Origin: Mobula hypostoma
Lineage: Eukaryota
Length of the DNA: 64,000 nucleotides
Assembly: GCF_963921235.1 (NCBI RefSeq)
Contig: NC_086106.1
Span: forward strand, 26,846,001-26,910,000
Direction of reading: 5' to 3'
Positions 48,500 to 61,218 of the stretch are shown piece after piece. Under the pieces are notes generated by a model. It searched no databases. It saw only the letters and a list, made by a program, of their open reading frames with translations, and was not told where the DNA came from. Made by a program: the position numbers and the translations under genes. The stretch's first letter is position 1, and the number at the start of each line of letters is the position of its first letter.

Positions 48500-51400
48500 A
48501 TTCTATCTGTCACTTTCCCCCTGTTCTCCCAATCTGTCAAAGTTCTTCTTCAGCTTCCCTGCTTCCTCAATTATCTGGGCTGCAAAATACAAGCCTTGAT
48601 CTAACTTTATACTGTGACGTGATCCCGAGTGAGTGGGGAATCTTTCCAATAGGATTACTGCCGTGAATTTAGTCATGTTTGTCTTAATCAGGAAAGCTTC
48701 CACCCAATTGATAACAGTATCTACCACGATAAGATACGCATAACCTCCTGGAGTTGGTGGCAAAGATCCAACAAAATCTATCTCCGAATTAGACCAGGGC
48801 TCCTCCATGGTCTGGAATGTCAGAGGGCTCCTTACTTTAGATTTCCTTTTAATTTTGTACCTTCCTTCTATCCCTTGGGTTATACGTAACATAACCTGTT
48901 CAACCAACACGGACAAAATGCTGGACGAACCCAGCAAGCCAGGCAACATATATGGAACATCTAGTACAGTCGATGTTTCCGGCCGAGACCTTTCAACGGG
49001 ACTTTGGATTTCCAACCCCTGTAGATTTTCTCTTGTTTGTGACCTTAATCTGTTATTCCTTCTGCCTTCCAATCTCCCCAGTCTGTGGCTGCCATTCCTG
49101 CCCAACTAAAGCACCTTGCTTCGCCTGCACATCAACCTTCCTACTCCCCACAGGGGATAATTTTGAATGGGCATTCACCTTTCTGACACGCTTTGCCTTC
49201 TCAAAGATATTCCGCAATATAGCTACAAATGGAACAGGCGTTCTGTCAGCTGAAACACACAGAGGAAAACGTTCAGTAAGTCCATTACAAACGTACATAT
49301 TATCAAAGTGTATGACTGATCCAGGCAGACCACATTCTGGCTCGCTAACCACATAGGCCACAGCTGCCATTTAAGCTGCTTGTGCACTCATGGTGCTGGG
49401 TAACTTTAAGGCTATACGTTATATTTCCTAGCCATCTTCATCCTCTACATGTAGCCGGCAACCAGTTCTCCTCTCAGCCGTCTGTACTGACGAGAAGCTA
49501 TCTACAAAATAAAACAGGATTTTTCCTTCGTTGTCTGTGTCTTTGTTGTCGGGTATTGCTTTCTAATCTCCTTCCACCTCCTAGCTTATTATTTCGATAC
49601 AAATTGTCCATTGGGACCATTTGTTGTCATATCCCGATGCCCAGTAGGTTCTCTGGTACAATAGAGATTGGCTGCAAGTAAGATAGAAACCTTGACACCC
49701 CTTACAGCTACATCTCAACCCTGCAGTGTCAAGGAGGACTGACCAAGACATTTTAATTCAAACATCCAGCAGTAGCGAGATATTTGCGGAAATCCTGTTC
49801 AGACGAGTTCAATGTGTAAATTGAACTTCATTTGCACCTTCCATGACAAAATACGGGCTGTTTCAACCCTATTTTCCAAGGGATCTCAAAATCAAAATCA
49901 ATATCTCAAAAGTCTTGAGCATCATCTTCTATATTCTGTAAAAAAAAAGCAATTTTGTTAGTAAAAGCAACTTTTAGTATTGGTCCCCAAAAATTACAAT
50001 CTTTCCAATAAGTTAAATTGAATTCCAAATTTAACTGCCCACCAATAGGCAATTTCCCTGAATGCTCATTTCCGTTTGAAATGTGGGCATCTCATATCCG
50101 GCATAGAGTTGCGCAAAGTTCCATCTGAACTTAGATTACACGTGGCCAGTGTGGAATTCAGGTGCCCCTAAGATCAATTCCATGGAAAACAAATATACAC
50201 AAGCATTAAATAAAAGAACAAGACAAAACTCAAAAATCCATGCTTGCACTTCCATCAAAAACTTCCATCTGCAAATAACTGTAAAACTTAGAACAAACAG
50301 CTAATTCCCACCATGAAAACCTTTTACACATTTTCCAGAGAACCAAGGAAAGTAAAAAAAAAAAACCGCTGGCTGAGGGCCCCGTCACGTTAACACATTG
50401 ATGTTAAAGCCGCCTTTGTGCTCTCTCGCAGACACACAACCTTTGAACTGAACTGACACGTGCCAGAATTGACAGAATAAAACATGCAAACCATTCACAC
50501 TTTAAACCACTTCCAGAAATTCTTCAAACCTTTGCCAAAATATTTAACATCGATGCGGTTACATCAAGGAAATACGGTATTCTGAAACAAATAAATGTGG
50601 AAGTTATTCATCATGAATAAATAGTCAACATTCAACAAGTTAAAGCATGAAATCTCCACGTTAAACAAAATTCCAACATATTTTAACCCTTCTGTAACTC
50701 CACTCTCTGATTTTAAACAGTCCGCTGTACAGTTCCGGACATAATGACCCATGTGTCTAGATCTGAAACAGCAGGTCTGAGTGCTGTACTGCCCCCGACA
50801 ACATCTTCCCCGATGGGACCAAGCCGCGTTCCAGCGCTGTGTTACTTTTCTTCTACAATCTCTCTGCTGGCTCTGCCCTGACTCGCATTTCCCCAGACGA
50901 TAACCCAAAGGGAAACGTCTTAGTTGCCTCTGTATATAACCCTTTGAACACCAGCCACAGACCAGAAGCAAATGCACCTTTAATAACATCTACGTCAGTC
51001 ATCTGTTGGGTCCCCCGCTGTATTACCCATAATCTTCAGTATCGCTTTCTTTATTTCCTCATTTGTTCCCCTGCATGTCGCCATGTTTCTGGCAATGTGG
51101 AGTATAAGTTTCGATGCAAGCATCAACCTTCTTTGTTCGGGTTCGCCTCCTCCATGTACTGCTTTCTGGTACCTACTCGCTTGGAACAGTTTCCTAAGAT
51201 CATTCGCGGGCAGGTATGTCCCGATATCCTCAGCATTTTCTCTAAGCTGTTCTACTCCAAGCGGCGTAGTGTATGTAATATTCTGGTTTTAATCTCTTGG
51301 CCCGGTTCCTTCCTCTCTGACAGAAACTTGGGGAGTCAATTGTGTCGTCATTTTGATTGTCCACAGATGGAGCTCCTCATGGCAATATCTGGTCGCCTTA

Positions 51401-52650
51401 TCTGCTAAAACATGTCAATCTGTATCTGAATATTTACCCTCATTCCCTCTTTCAGATCCGAAAGCACTTAAATTATTCATCTTTGCATCAAGTTCGCTCT
51501 GCGGCGTTTGTATTTGTTGCACTACAGTTTGTGTGATCTCCAGTCTTCTATTTCTTTTCGGAAATTGATTTCTGTATTACCCCTATAGCTGCTATTTCTT
51601 CGCAAACATCCACCAAAACAGAGAAGTGCCCCAAAGAATGAAACTCAAAGTTGCCCCCAGCTCCCCTCCCTCCCGCGTGTAAGTGGCATCGAGCAAAAAT
51701 CACCCCTCCCAATTTCTTTCACTAATTTCACGCATTTCAGCTGAAATTGATTCATGTGCACCAAATCCATACTTCTCTGCCCCTGTAAAGCTATAATATT
51801 TCCCTTCAGAGTTTCTCACTCCTTTCGGAGCCTTCTGTTTCCGTCGTCTAATTTATCTCGCTCGGCATCAACATTTGCCGATATCCTTTTAAATCCTCAT
51901 GAGGCAGGCCACTGCTACTGGCTTCAGTAGCTGTGTAAATTTCCTGTCTGGCAACTTACCTCTGGCAAATTTGAAAAGAGCTTTACTGCCTTTACCGCTG
52001 GTGTGTCCAGCATATTCTCCATATTGTGGTCATTTCCCTAATACGCACTACTGTACGGTTCCTCTCCACTCAAAACAATCCCAGTCGTCCGAACTTACTG
52101 ACTTCCCTGAAATCTTTAACCTGGGTCTGTGCTAACAAATTACCCAGCCCCAGATCTCGCTGTTTCTCAACCACGTGGTCCGAATCAAGTCTCCCACTGC
52201 TTCAGCGGAAATATTTACTGCCGAGCCCACAACAAGAACGCCAATTCTGTCGCAGGAATTGCAATAACGATCAGAGAGGAGCACAGAGAGATGTAATTAC
52301 CGATAAGTACCTTTATTGTCTAAAATATCAAGTACGTCAACTCATACACTAAATGCCTTATATGCACACCAACTAAGTGTTCTTTACTTTCTATTGGCAG
52401 TCAAAACACAAGAGAGCTATTGCCAGTTACAAAGGCGTTTCTGCTGCTGGCCACATGTTCCTCGTATTTCCGTTTCGAATATCCACATGGCCGTGGGCAC
52501 CTAAGGGCCACCATAGTTGTTCTCATACTGAGTTACCGCTGCCAGCAAACTCGAAGTGTCTGTGTTTATATTCATTTCTTTTCAATTGAAATATGCAGAC
52601 CATTGTCATTAGCTGAAGTCCTGCGTCTGACCTTTAACCCTTAACACCTT
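48500..52650 (-). mobile_element. Old, heavily decayed Gypsy-type LTR element (gag coiled-coil/capsid/zinc knuckle, integrase remnant, putative 5' LTR)
   Basis: Integrase PWSNSEIDFVGSLP..YLIVVDTVINWVEAF..DQG (48503-49105); knuckle CFRSRHMGHYVRNC (~50720-50770); capsid-like YTTPLGVEQLRENAEDIG; TGGCG PBS-like start at 52243 beside a TG edge at 52248. Confidence 0.6.
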
Positions 52651-53127
52651 ATTAGCTCTGCTCCAGGTCAGCATCCATGATATTGCGTTTTCCTGGCAAG
52701 TGGCAATTGGTCATTTACGGCTGTTTTTTCCAATCACCTTGAATGACACAGACCAGATACAGAACAATATTCAAAAACCCGCATGTTATACCCAACCAAA
52801 GAACGCCTCACAAATAACGTCTTATTTGTACATTATCTCAAGATCAGCCGTTTACCCGAGGCCTTAATGTTCATTCTGTAAAACACTGATCAAGAAGCTT
52901 AAGCTCACAAAATGGAGAACGTATAAAGTGCCACAAAATGGCAGCCTCAATCTCCAAACACATGGCAGGAACAGAGGCAGCTGGTCATTGATTCATTCGA
53001 ATTTATCCATTCATAGGCTGCAGTTTTCTGGCCAATATCTCCCTCCTCTTGATCCAAAAATATTCATCTTAGGATCACTATTTCCTCTGTTCTATTGACT
53101 ACTTATCGGACTGCAATGAACCCCCAG

Positions 53128-53723
53128 TGTCGTGGTTTCTCGTTTCTTACAAACAACAAGGAGACGCCGAAAATTCTTCAAGACGTTTTAAACTTTAATT
53201 TGCAAATCAAGGCTGAGACAATCAGAAAGCTAGTAGCTGACTGCCCATCAAGGCTTGTACACAGCATTCTTTATAGCAATCTCCTATCTTAGCTACATTA
53301 TCATATCCAGACGGCCTGTGATCACATATCATCAATACATCCGCTCTCGACCTTCCACTATTGTTTTACTCCCCAATTTAATTATGTCCTAGTTTACTTT
53401 TTAGACCAGGTGTCCCCTCATCCCTAACCACAGTTATTTCTTAATTGGTCTTGTTTTGACATACTGCCACATATTTCATTACCTTACTCGCCACCGTTAT
53501 CTTCCTACTTGGTTTCATTCTAGTTCTCTTCATGAATTAATAGTGATTCGGTCAAAAGTCATGGCTACATAGTGAATACCCTCTATTCAGCTAGCAGTGG
53601 TTACATAGTAAATATAGAAAATATAATGTGTGCATTTGAGTAAATACTGAAATACTGTTGAGTAAATTTTGTAAATACTGTAATACATAGAAAATGCAAT
53701 GTATGGGTTTACATTTTCCAATA
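53128..53723 (-). repeat. ERV 3' LTR (596 bp)
   Basis: 11 substitutions counted by eye versus 60623-61218, no indels seen. Confidence 0.95.
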
Positions 53724-53726
53724 TAA

Positions 53727-53736
53727 TCCACCCTTT
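53727..53736 (-). promoter_or_regulatory. ERV polypurine tract (aaagggtgga)
   Basis: Purine-rich run 3 nt upstream of the 3' LTR on the viral strand. Confidence 0.75.
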
Positions 53737-53953
53737 GAGACCCACAGGGTCTCATACAGAGAGAGAGAGAGGACTGAGAGTCTATGCACAAAAGCTCAAA
53801 TAAAGCCACGCATTTACTCCCAAATTTGGGTTAAACTATAGTTTCCTGTGCTTAAGACTCACAGTGTTCTCTCCCTAACTCCCTAGGCCGCTGAGCCAAA
53901 AACCCATCCCTTCGTATCTGAGACAGGGAAAAAGACTCAGGAGCCTTCACAGC

Positions 53954-55576
53954 CTAATCCCCACATATCTCATCTCTCTCCTGTTCGTCTTGCGTGTCTC
54001 GTAGACTGTACGAATACATCATCGGTATCTCCTTCTCCATAGGGCTCGACCCAACAATTTCCAGGAGCATCGGAAACCGTTTCATTGCAGCACGCACTAC
54101 AAGCGACTTGAGGCATGGAAGAAAACAGCACAGAATGACCACACAGCTTAGCAATACAATACCGATGGTTACTGCAATCTTGGTCAGCCATGCTCCCCAT
54201 CCTCCTAGTCTATTGTTTAACCAGTCAAAGAACTGGTGTCCAAACCCTGCATTTTGTTTAACTTCCTTTCTTAAATGTTTCAGTTTATTCATTGCTCTGG
54301 TAAACGATCCCTCCGGACTAGTATTATTCGGTATAAAAGTACAGCACTGTTCCCCAAACATTACACAAACTCCTCCTTTCTCTGCCAATAGCCAGTCTAG
54401 TACCTGTCTATTTTGCCACGCCACTCTACTGGTTGCATCTAGATGCTGCCCCAAGGCCTCTAGTGCATCATCAGTGTAGTTAATGAATCTCTGTTGATTA
54501 TAATATATATAATTTATCCATTCAACATTTTTACTAACCCCTATTATAGGAGTAAGTGCCTTCCAGCCCGCAGCAATCTCATTTCTTGCCCTAAATTCGT
54601 TAGGTATACCTCTCGGCTGTTCTATACTGTCGATTTGGATTGTTGGATCAGGTTCATATTTTCTCTTCCTTCGTCGCAGTATCTGCTGCTTCAGAGCGTC
54701 AAATTGTACTCAGGGGATACTACAACTTGTTGTATCAGCATAACTCGTGTACATGTACCTGTCCAACCGAGGGGAAGCGTGGATCTCAGATCTCCCTCCT
54801 TCCCACAGAGCCACCAGGTATCTGCTAACGGGACGGTCTGGGCATCCAGTGCACCATCGGGCGGAGGGGTACCTGTCTTGTATCTCTGGCTTGGGGTTAC
54901 ATTCCAAGTGTCAGCACAGTTACCACTGAAATGTCCAACCAAGAGATCACCCGTCCGTGTGAAACATTCATAACTCAAATGCTCCTGCACTTTGAGCTTT
55001 CCCAAAGTGGGTGTCTGGCTTCTTTTATTCATAGCCCGCGGTAATTACAGTTAGAGGCAAGCTTAATTTGATCATACTGCGAGGAAGCCTGGTATAACAT
55101 ACACCAATAAGGGCACGTTGGTGTGTTATCAATACATTTCCGATAACAAGGATCTATCCCGCTACAAGTTCCCATACTGCAGGTCTTGACTATACTTGGA
55201 CACTGCTGCGCACACTGCCCCCTCCGCTCCTTTCGCCATTGCGCGCAGGTGGGAAAGTTGTATGGCATGGGGACTACATACTGTGCTGGATTTGCTCTTG
55301 AGCATACATAACAATTCTGTCTCTTCATCATCCCTGCTGTATAGTTTGCCCATTGGTACCACATGTTCTGGTACCATGGTACGGAGGTAACCATTGTGCT
55401 CCTATTACTCCTTTCTCTCAGATTTGGTGGGATCCTAACATCCCATTCCACATCTGCCAAATTAATGGTCTCCAAATCTGCACAAGAGTATCTGAGTGTA
55501 TCCTCCCAGGGGGCGGGACTGGTCGCCCCCAAATCGTCCCCATTATCTGAAAGAGTACTACCATCCATAACCCCAT
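53954..55576 (-). pseudogene. env: ERV envelope (signal peptide, SU, furin site, TM), frameshifted
   Basis: Signal-like MGLWMVVLFQIMGTIWG (ATG 55576); SU NMWYQW..CYVC; WWLCG..GWTGTC; furin RRRKR; ISD QNRQVLDWLLAEKGGVC, CX6CC and TM anchor in ORF 53954-54454. Confidence 0.9.
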
Positions 55577-58050
55577 CCTTAGGGTCTTCGGGCCTGTCCT
55601 CAGGACCAAAAATTTCCCTTATTACTTGGTCAAGTTCCTGCGGTTCAGTGTCAGCTTCTTGTTGCTCTTGCCTGCCCCCTACTGTTTGTTCCTCTTCACC
55701 ACTTACCTCGGTTGGCCCACCTGACTGTACCTGGGGGATTGCTCTAGTGCAGTGATTGAGATGATACCAGGTGGAGCGTCCTTCCACTTGAACTGCGGTG
55801 GGTGATGCTTTGGTTACTGTAAAGGGCCCTTCCCTTCTGGGTTCGTTCCACTTTCTTCGAAACGCTCGCACGTAGACCTGATCGCCTGGCTTGATAGGTC
55901 CTTCCCCTTCATCAATCTCTAGCTCTTTCTGTTTTTCCTGTACATAAATAGACTTATGCATCATAGTTAATTGCCGCAGGCATTGTTTTAATTCCAATTC
56001 CAGTTGTTTTAAACTAGGCCCTTTATATGGTCCTCTCCATCGGGGCACTGGCATGGGCCTTCCGGTTAGCATTTCATGCGGTGTTAGACACGTCACCCGA
56101 TTAGTCTGCACGCGGTAACTCATTAATGCTAACGGTAGTGCATCGACCCAATTAAGTTTAGTATCTGCACAGATTTTGTTTAGTTCGGTTTCTAAGTTCC
56201 CGTTAATTCTTTCCACCATACCCTGCGACTGAGGGTGATACACACATCCAAATCTCTGCTTTATTGTCAGTGATCGCAGAACTAACTTGACCACTTTTTA
56301 AATGAAAGCTGAACCATTGTCTGAGCTAATTTCTGTCGGTATCCCAAACCTTGGGATCACTTCGTTTGTCAGGAATTTCACCACTGTTCCTGCCCCTTTG
56401 ATCTTTCGAGGGTACTGCCTCTACCCATCTGCTGAATCTGTCGATTACCATCAACATGTATCTTTTCCCTCTTACTGTTTTTATCATGTCTACATAGTCA
56501 ATCACTAGGTGTTTAAATGGCCCTTCAGGTACGGGCATATGACCTATTGGGGTTGTAATTCCTTTCCGATTATTATTCTGCACACATACCTCGCACTGTG
56601 ACAACACATGGTCTACTGAAGCCTGTACATAAGGCGACCAAAATCCATCCTTTTTTTATTTTTCTTATTACTTTCCCCCTTGCATAATGATCCATCCCAT
56701 GTGCTTCTGAGATCAGGATAGTCAGTAAAGGGGTGGGAGCTACCAGTAGGCTATCTTCCGTGGTCCATAGGCCTTCTGGGATTTGCTTGCCCCCCGCCCC
56801 CCCACCTTCGTCTCCACAGTGTTTGTTCTGCCAAAGTTGCCTTTCCCTGTATTTCAATTAGGTCCTCTACCATAGGTTCCGGCTCTAGACTTACCTGGGG
56901 TGCTCTGACAACGGATGTACACCCTGACGCTTTCCTGGCTGCTTCATCTGCAGCTTGATTTCCCTTTGTTACTGTATCGTTTCCTTTTTTATGTGCCTGG
57001 CATTTTACTATAGCCAGTGCTTTAGGTTTCATCAGCGCTTTTATTAGATCTAAAATCTGAATACAGTGCTGAATGGGATCTCCATTGCTCTTTTTAAAAC
57101 CTCTCTGTTTCCACACTGTAAATTACTCCCCAAGCTTGTATGTCCTGCTTCCTTCATTATTTTCCTTAGTGGCGTTACAATTTCAGCATATTCCCCAATC
57201 CAATCTGAACTATATCCTGTCAGTCCCAGAAATGTCATCATCTGTCTCACTGTCTGGGGCTTGGGAGCTTTAGTTATAGCCTCAATTTGATCCGGCGCTA
57301 TCGCCTTCACTCCCTTGGATATCACTCTACCTAGGTATTCTACCTGTTGCTTGCAAAATTGCAGTTTCTTTCTGGATACCTTATGCCCTCCATGCGCCAG
57401 TCTCTCTAAAAGGGTTATGGTATCCTATTCACACTGTCCCTCACTTTCGGAGCAAATCAACAAATCATCCACATACTGTATCAATGTACTTTCCAACGAT
57501 GTGCCCTCTCGGTCCGCCTTTCACACTTGATTAAGTACGTGTGGTGAATGTTTAAATACTTGAGGCATTCTAGTGTAGGTATACTGGTTGTCTCTGTATG
57601 TAAATGCAAATAGGTACTGACACTGATCTGCCAGGGGAACGCTGAAAAAAGCCGAACACAAATCAATCACCGAAAAATAGTCTGCCTCTGGTGGAACATT
57701 AGTCAAGAGCGTGTGTGGGTTGGGAACTACCGCTGGCCAGTCCTCCATTACCTCATTCACCGCTCGCAAGTCATGCACCAGTCTCCATTTAGATTTATCC
57801 GCTTTAAGGACAGGTAACAGTGGGGTATTACATGGGCTGTCTGTCCTTAAGTACTCCTGCCTCCAGTAGCCCCTGTATCGTTAGCACTATTCCCTCTTCT
57901 GCCTCTGGTTTCAGGTGATATTGTAGTCTCCTGGGTGGAACTGCTCCCTTTTTCAGCTTTATTTCTACCGGACTAGTTGTTCTTATTTTCCCTACATCTG
58001 TGTCATGTTGTGACCACAGAATAGATGGTAACCTATCTAACCTGTTATCT
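55500..58050 (-). pseudogene. pol: ERV pol (RT, partial RNase H, integrase) with internal deletions and frameshifts
   Basis: LWSQHDTDVG, IDLCSAFFSVPL, YTRMPQ, QYVDD (~57465); AHKKG..GNQAAD; integrase IDYVDM..VIDRFSRWVEA..HPQSQGMVERIN. Confidence 0.92.
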
Positions 58051-59964
58051 CTCTGCCCCCTTCCTTGGGATTTCCAGTCCTGTCTGGGCTGCTGTTTAAA
58101 TTTATTCTGTCCCTGATAGGGCATTTGCGGGAAAAGCTCCCCCAAAGACGTTTATTATTGGCATGCGGTTTTCCGGACTCTGTCTTACGGCACGACCGGT
58201 CCCTCCATATAGTGGCATTTCATTCATTTCAACGGCTGTGCTTAAATCGGTCATTGCTGGCTGCATCTTCTTGCCTTTTTATTTTTACTTCTTTTTAAGT
58301 TCTTTAAGCTGCGTTTGTATCAGCTTTCTTTGCTTCTTGCTGCTCAGTCAACTTTCGTTTGTCTTTTCGATATTTTTCGACCGTATGGGCTACGTGGTCC
58401 CTGAATTCCTGTGGGATCATTGACACCAGTCCGGCCACTTCCTCGAGTTTAGACTTAACTTGGGAAGGCATCGCATCCAAAACAGCACTTCGGAACATTC
58501 AGGTCATAAACGAGTTGCCTTCCATCTCTTGTTCAATTTCCAGTCTCCACCTTTTCAACTGATTTTCTATGTAGGCTACTGGATTTTCAGTGTCTCCCAG
58601 TCGATCCACTTTCATGGTTTTGGGGTCCATTTTGGGGGGATAGAGCTCCCTGAGGGCCCCCTATACCCTCTGCCTCACTGTGTCAAATCTGGCCCCGTCA
58701 ATCAGTGTGCTGTCCGGATTTTGTATGCTAGCCGCTTCCATCAGCTCTCGCAGTCCGGAGGTTCCCATCAGCTTCATCAGCAGCGCCTTCAAATCTCCCA
58801 TAGCCAATATTCGTCCCGTGGTTTCTTCCTCAAATGCCCTAATCCATTTCCCTGCACCCTCATGTAGGCTGGGCAGGGTGTTTTTCAGCCCTTCCAGGTC
58901 CTGGGATCTCCAAGGAATATACTGTACTTGTCCCAATCCTTTTACTAATAACGGCATCATTCTCCCTTTCCTTTCCCACATCTCCTGACTCTCCTCCTCG
59001 CCTGACTCCCCATCTGTTTCTGAGCACGTTTTCACTGGCTGCCACATGATTCTTTCCGGGGTTTCCTTTCTCCCTTGGCCTCCTCGTGGAGTTCTTTCTT
59101 TCTGCCTTGAGCTAGCATTTGCTTTGCCCCATGCGAAATCCTCAAACTCCCGTTGGAAATTCAGTCTCCGCTGTAATTCCCTAATCTCTCCCTCTGTTTC
59201 TAATATCTGCCTTTTCACTCTCTCTTTTTCCCCTTCAAGACTCCTGTCTCCTATCCTCTGCCTACATTCTCCTGCACTCTCTCTTTCGCTACTTAACTCT
59301 TGCCCACCAGACAAGTTACCTTCTGCTCTAGCCTGCTCAGCTCCGTGTCCATGTAACAAAGATTTCTCTTCATCCCTTTTCGCTTTTAATTCCTGTAACC
59401 CTTTGATCTCTTCTTCTATTTTCCTTTCCTCCTGCTGCTTTTCGTGATTCTCTCTTTCCTCTTCGGTATCCCAGACTTTAATTTCTCCATTTAGATCAAC
59501 TCTTCCTGTTATCATCGGACACTGCTTAAGGGTTTCTTTCTCATAATAGGGAGGAGGTTTTTCTACGTCTTTCAGGTCTGGGTATAGAGCCGAAGCCGGC
59601 TCCCTGTTATGCTTTTCCTTTTCTTTATCAGCCTGCTTGTTTCGTTTCTCAGTGTCTTTTTTACTTACTATTAATATACCTCCCGTCTTTCTTAATCTTT
59701 CTCCCTCCATCCTAAAGAGTTTTAACACTTCCATTTCTTGTTCCCTTTTTCCTTCTCTTTTCTTAGATTTATCTTTGGGTTTGTGATTTTTAATTAGCCC
59801 TTCCATTTCCTCACATAAGCTTACATCAAACGTTCCTTCTCTTGGCCATTTCGTGACCGTTCTTTGGTTCTTTTTCCCCATTTTTCTGAAATTTCCATGA
59901 TCTTACCTTGACACACCGGGAATTTTCTGCTCAATATTTCTACTGCTGTTCCTTTCTCTGTCAT
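58050..59964 (-). pseudogene. gag: ERV gag (406-aa ORF 58661-59881 plus frameshifted flanks)
   Basis: ATG 59964 MTEKGTAVEILSRKFPV; KWPREGTFD; PPPY late motif; QYIPW..DLEGL..LPSLHEGAGKWIRAFEE capsid motif of fish ERVs. Confidence 0.88.
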
Positions 59965-60600
59965 GTTGCTCTCTTTTTCCTTTTTCTATTATGGTATTTT
60001 TAGAATCTCACTACTTGCCTACTTAATAGTACTATTTTTCTAACTCTATTTCTATGCCTAGCCTTATGGTTTATCTCACCAGCGTCTGAATTCTCTATCA
60101 AACTATCTTTGTCTCTTACTACGTTCTGCCTGTGCAGACCCCTACTTAGGGCGGTATCCACAGAACGTTTTACACCTCGCCTATGCAGACCCTTACACTT
60201 CTTAAGGCGGTATTCACGAGGATTTTTAATTCTCCTTCCCTGCCTGTTCAGACCTTCCTTTCGTGCGAAGCGGTATCCACATGGACTTACCAACACCACG
60301 TAGAATTTTCTTACTTAACTTGTACTTACCCCCACTGCCGTGCTCTTGATTAATCCTCTGACCCTCCTTTTATGCCCGATTCTGCCAGATTCTTTGGATC
60401 GGAGAGACCTTTCTGCAGTTGCTTCACACTTCTGAGTCCCCGAGACCCCCCAAAACCAACAGAATTCTTAGTCCGAATTATCGCAAAAAGCGCTCACTTT
60501 TATCTTTGGGTGCACCTTTAATTCTGTTAGCCCCGTGAGGGTCCCCGAGGACCAGGAAGCGTCCCAATCTGCCGTTCCCTTCCTCGCGGGTCTCTATCCG

Positions 60601-60618
60601 ATCCTGTTCGTGACACCA
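60601..60618 (-). promoter_or_regulatory. ERV primer-binding site TGGTGTCACGAACAGGAT (tRNA-Ser(CGA)-like)
   Basis: 18 nt starting TGG, 4 nt after the LTR CA; matches 17/18 to my recollection of a vertebrate tRNA-Ser(CGA) 3' end (ATCCTGTTCGTGACGCCA); tRNA identity unverified. Confidence 0.75.
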
Positions 60619-60622
60619 ATTT

Positions 60623-61218
60623 TGTCGTGGTTTCTCCTTTCTTACAAACAACAAGGAGACGCAGAAAATCCTTCAAGACGTTTTAAACTTTAATTTGCAA
60701 ATCAAAGCTGAGACAATCAGAAAGCTAGTAGCTGACTGCCCATCGAGGCTTCTACACAGCATTTTTTATAGCAATCTCCTATCTTAGCTACATTATCATA
60801 TCCAGACGGCCTGTGATCACATATCATCAATACATCCGCTCTCGACCTTCCACTATTGTTTTACTCCCCAATTTAATTATGTCCTAGTTTACTTTTTAGA
60901 CCAGGTGTCCCCTCATCCCTAACCACAGTTATTTCTTAATTGGTCTTGTTTTGACATACTGCCACATATTTCATTACCTTACTCGCCGCCGTTATCTTCC
61001 TACTTGGTTTCATTCTAGTTCTCTTCATGAATTAATAGTGATTCGGTCAAAAGTCATGGCTACATAGTGAATACCCTCTATTCAGCTAGCAGTGGTTACA
61101 TAGTAAATATAGAAAATATAATGTGTGCATTTGAGTAAATACTGAAATACTGTTGAGTAAATATTGTAAATACTGTAATACATAGAAAATACAATGTATG
61201 CGTTTACATTTTCCAATA
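60623..61218 (-). repeat. ERV 5' LTR (596 bp)
   Basis: Paired with 53128-53723; flanked by the PBS and the TSD. Confidence 0.95.

Larger units (their letters stand above)
53128..61218 (-). mobile_element. Endogenous retrovirus (epsilon/ZFERV-like), 8091-bp provirus with two LTRs, defective
   Basis: Two 596-bp LTRs, 4-bp TSD CCAG (53124-27 and 61219-22), PBS, PPT, gag, pol with YVDD, gamma-type env. Confidence 0.95.

Noticed and set aside
53860-53904. CACAGTG with downstream ccaaaaacc inside the ERV
   Set aside because: Spacing is 29 bp, not 12 or 23.
55029-56294. 421-aa ORF running from integrase into Env SU, suggesting a natural Pol-Env polyprotein
   Set aside because: An env signal-peptide-like sequence (MGLWMVVLFQIMGTIWG) lies in another frame at 55576-55520, and a C-run near 55510 explains a 1-bp slip; the fusion is most simply a frameshift lesion.
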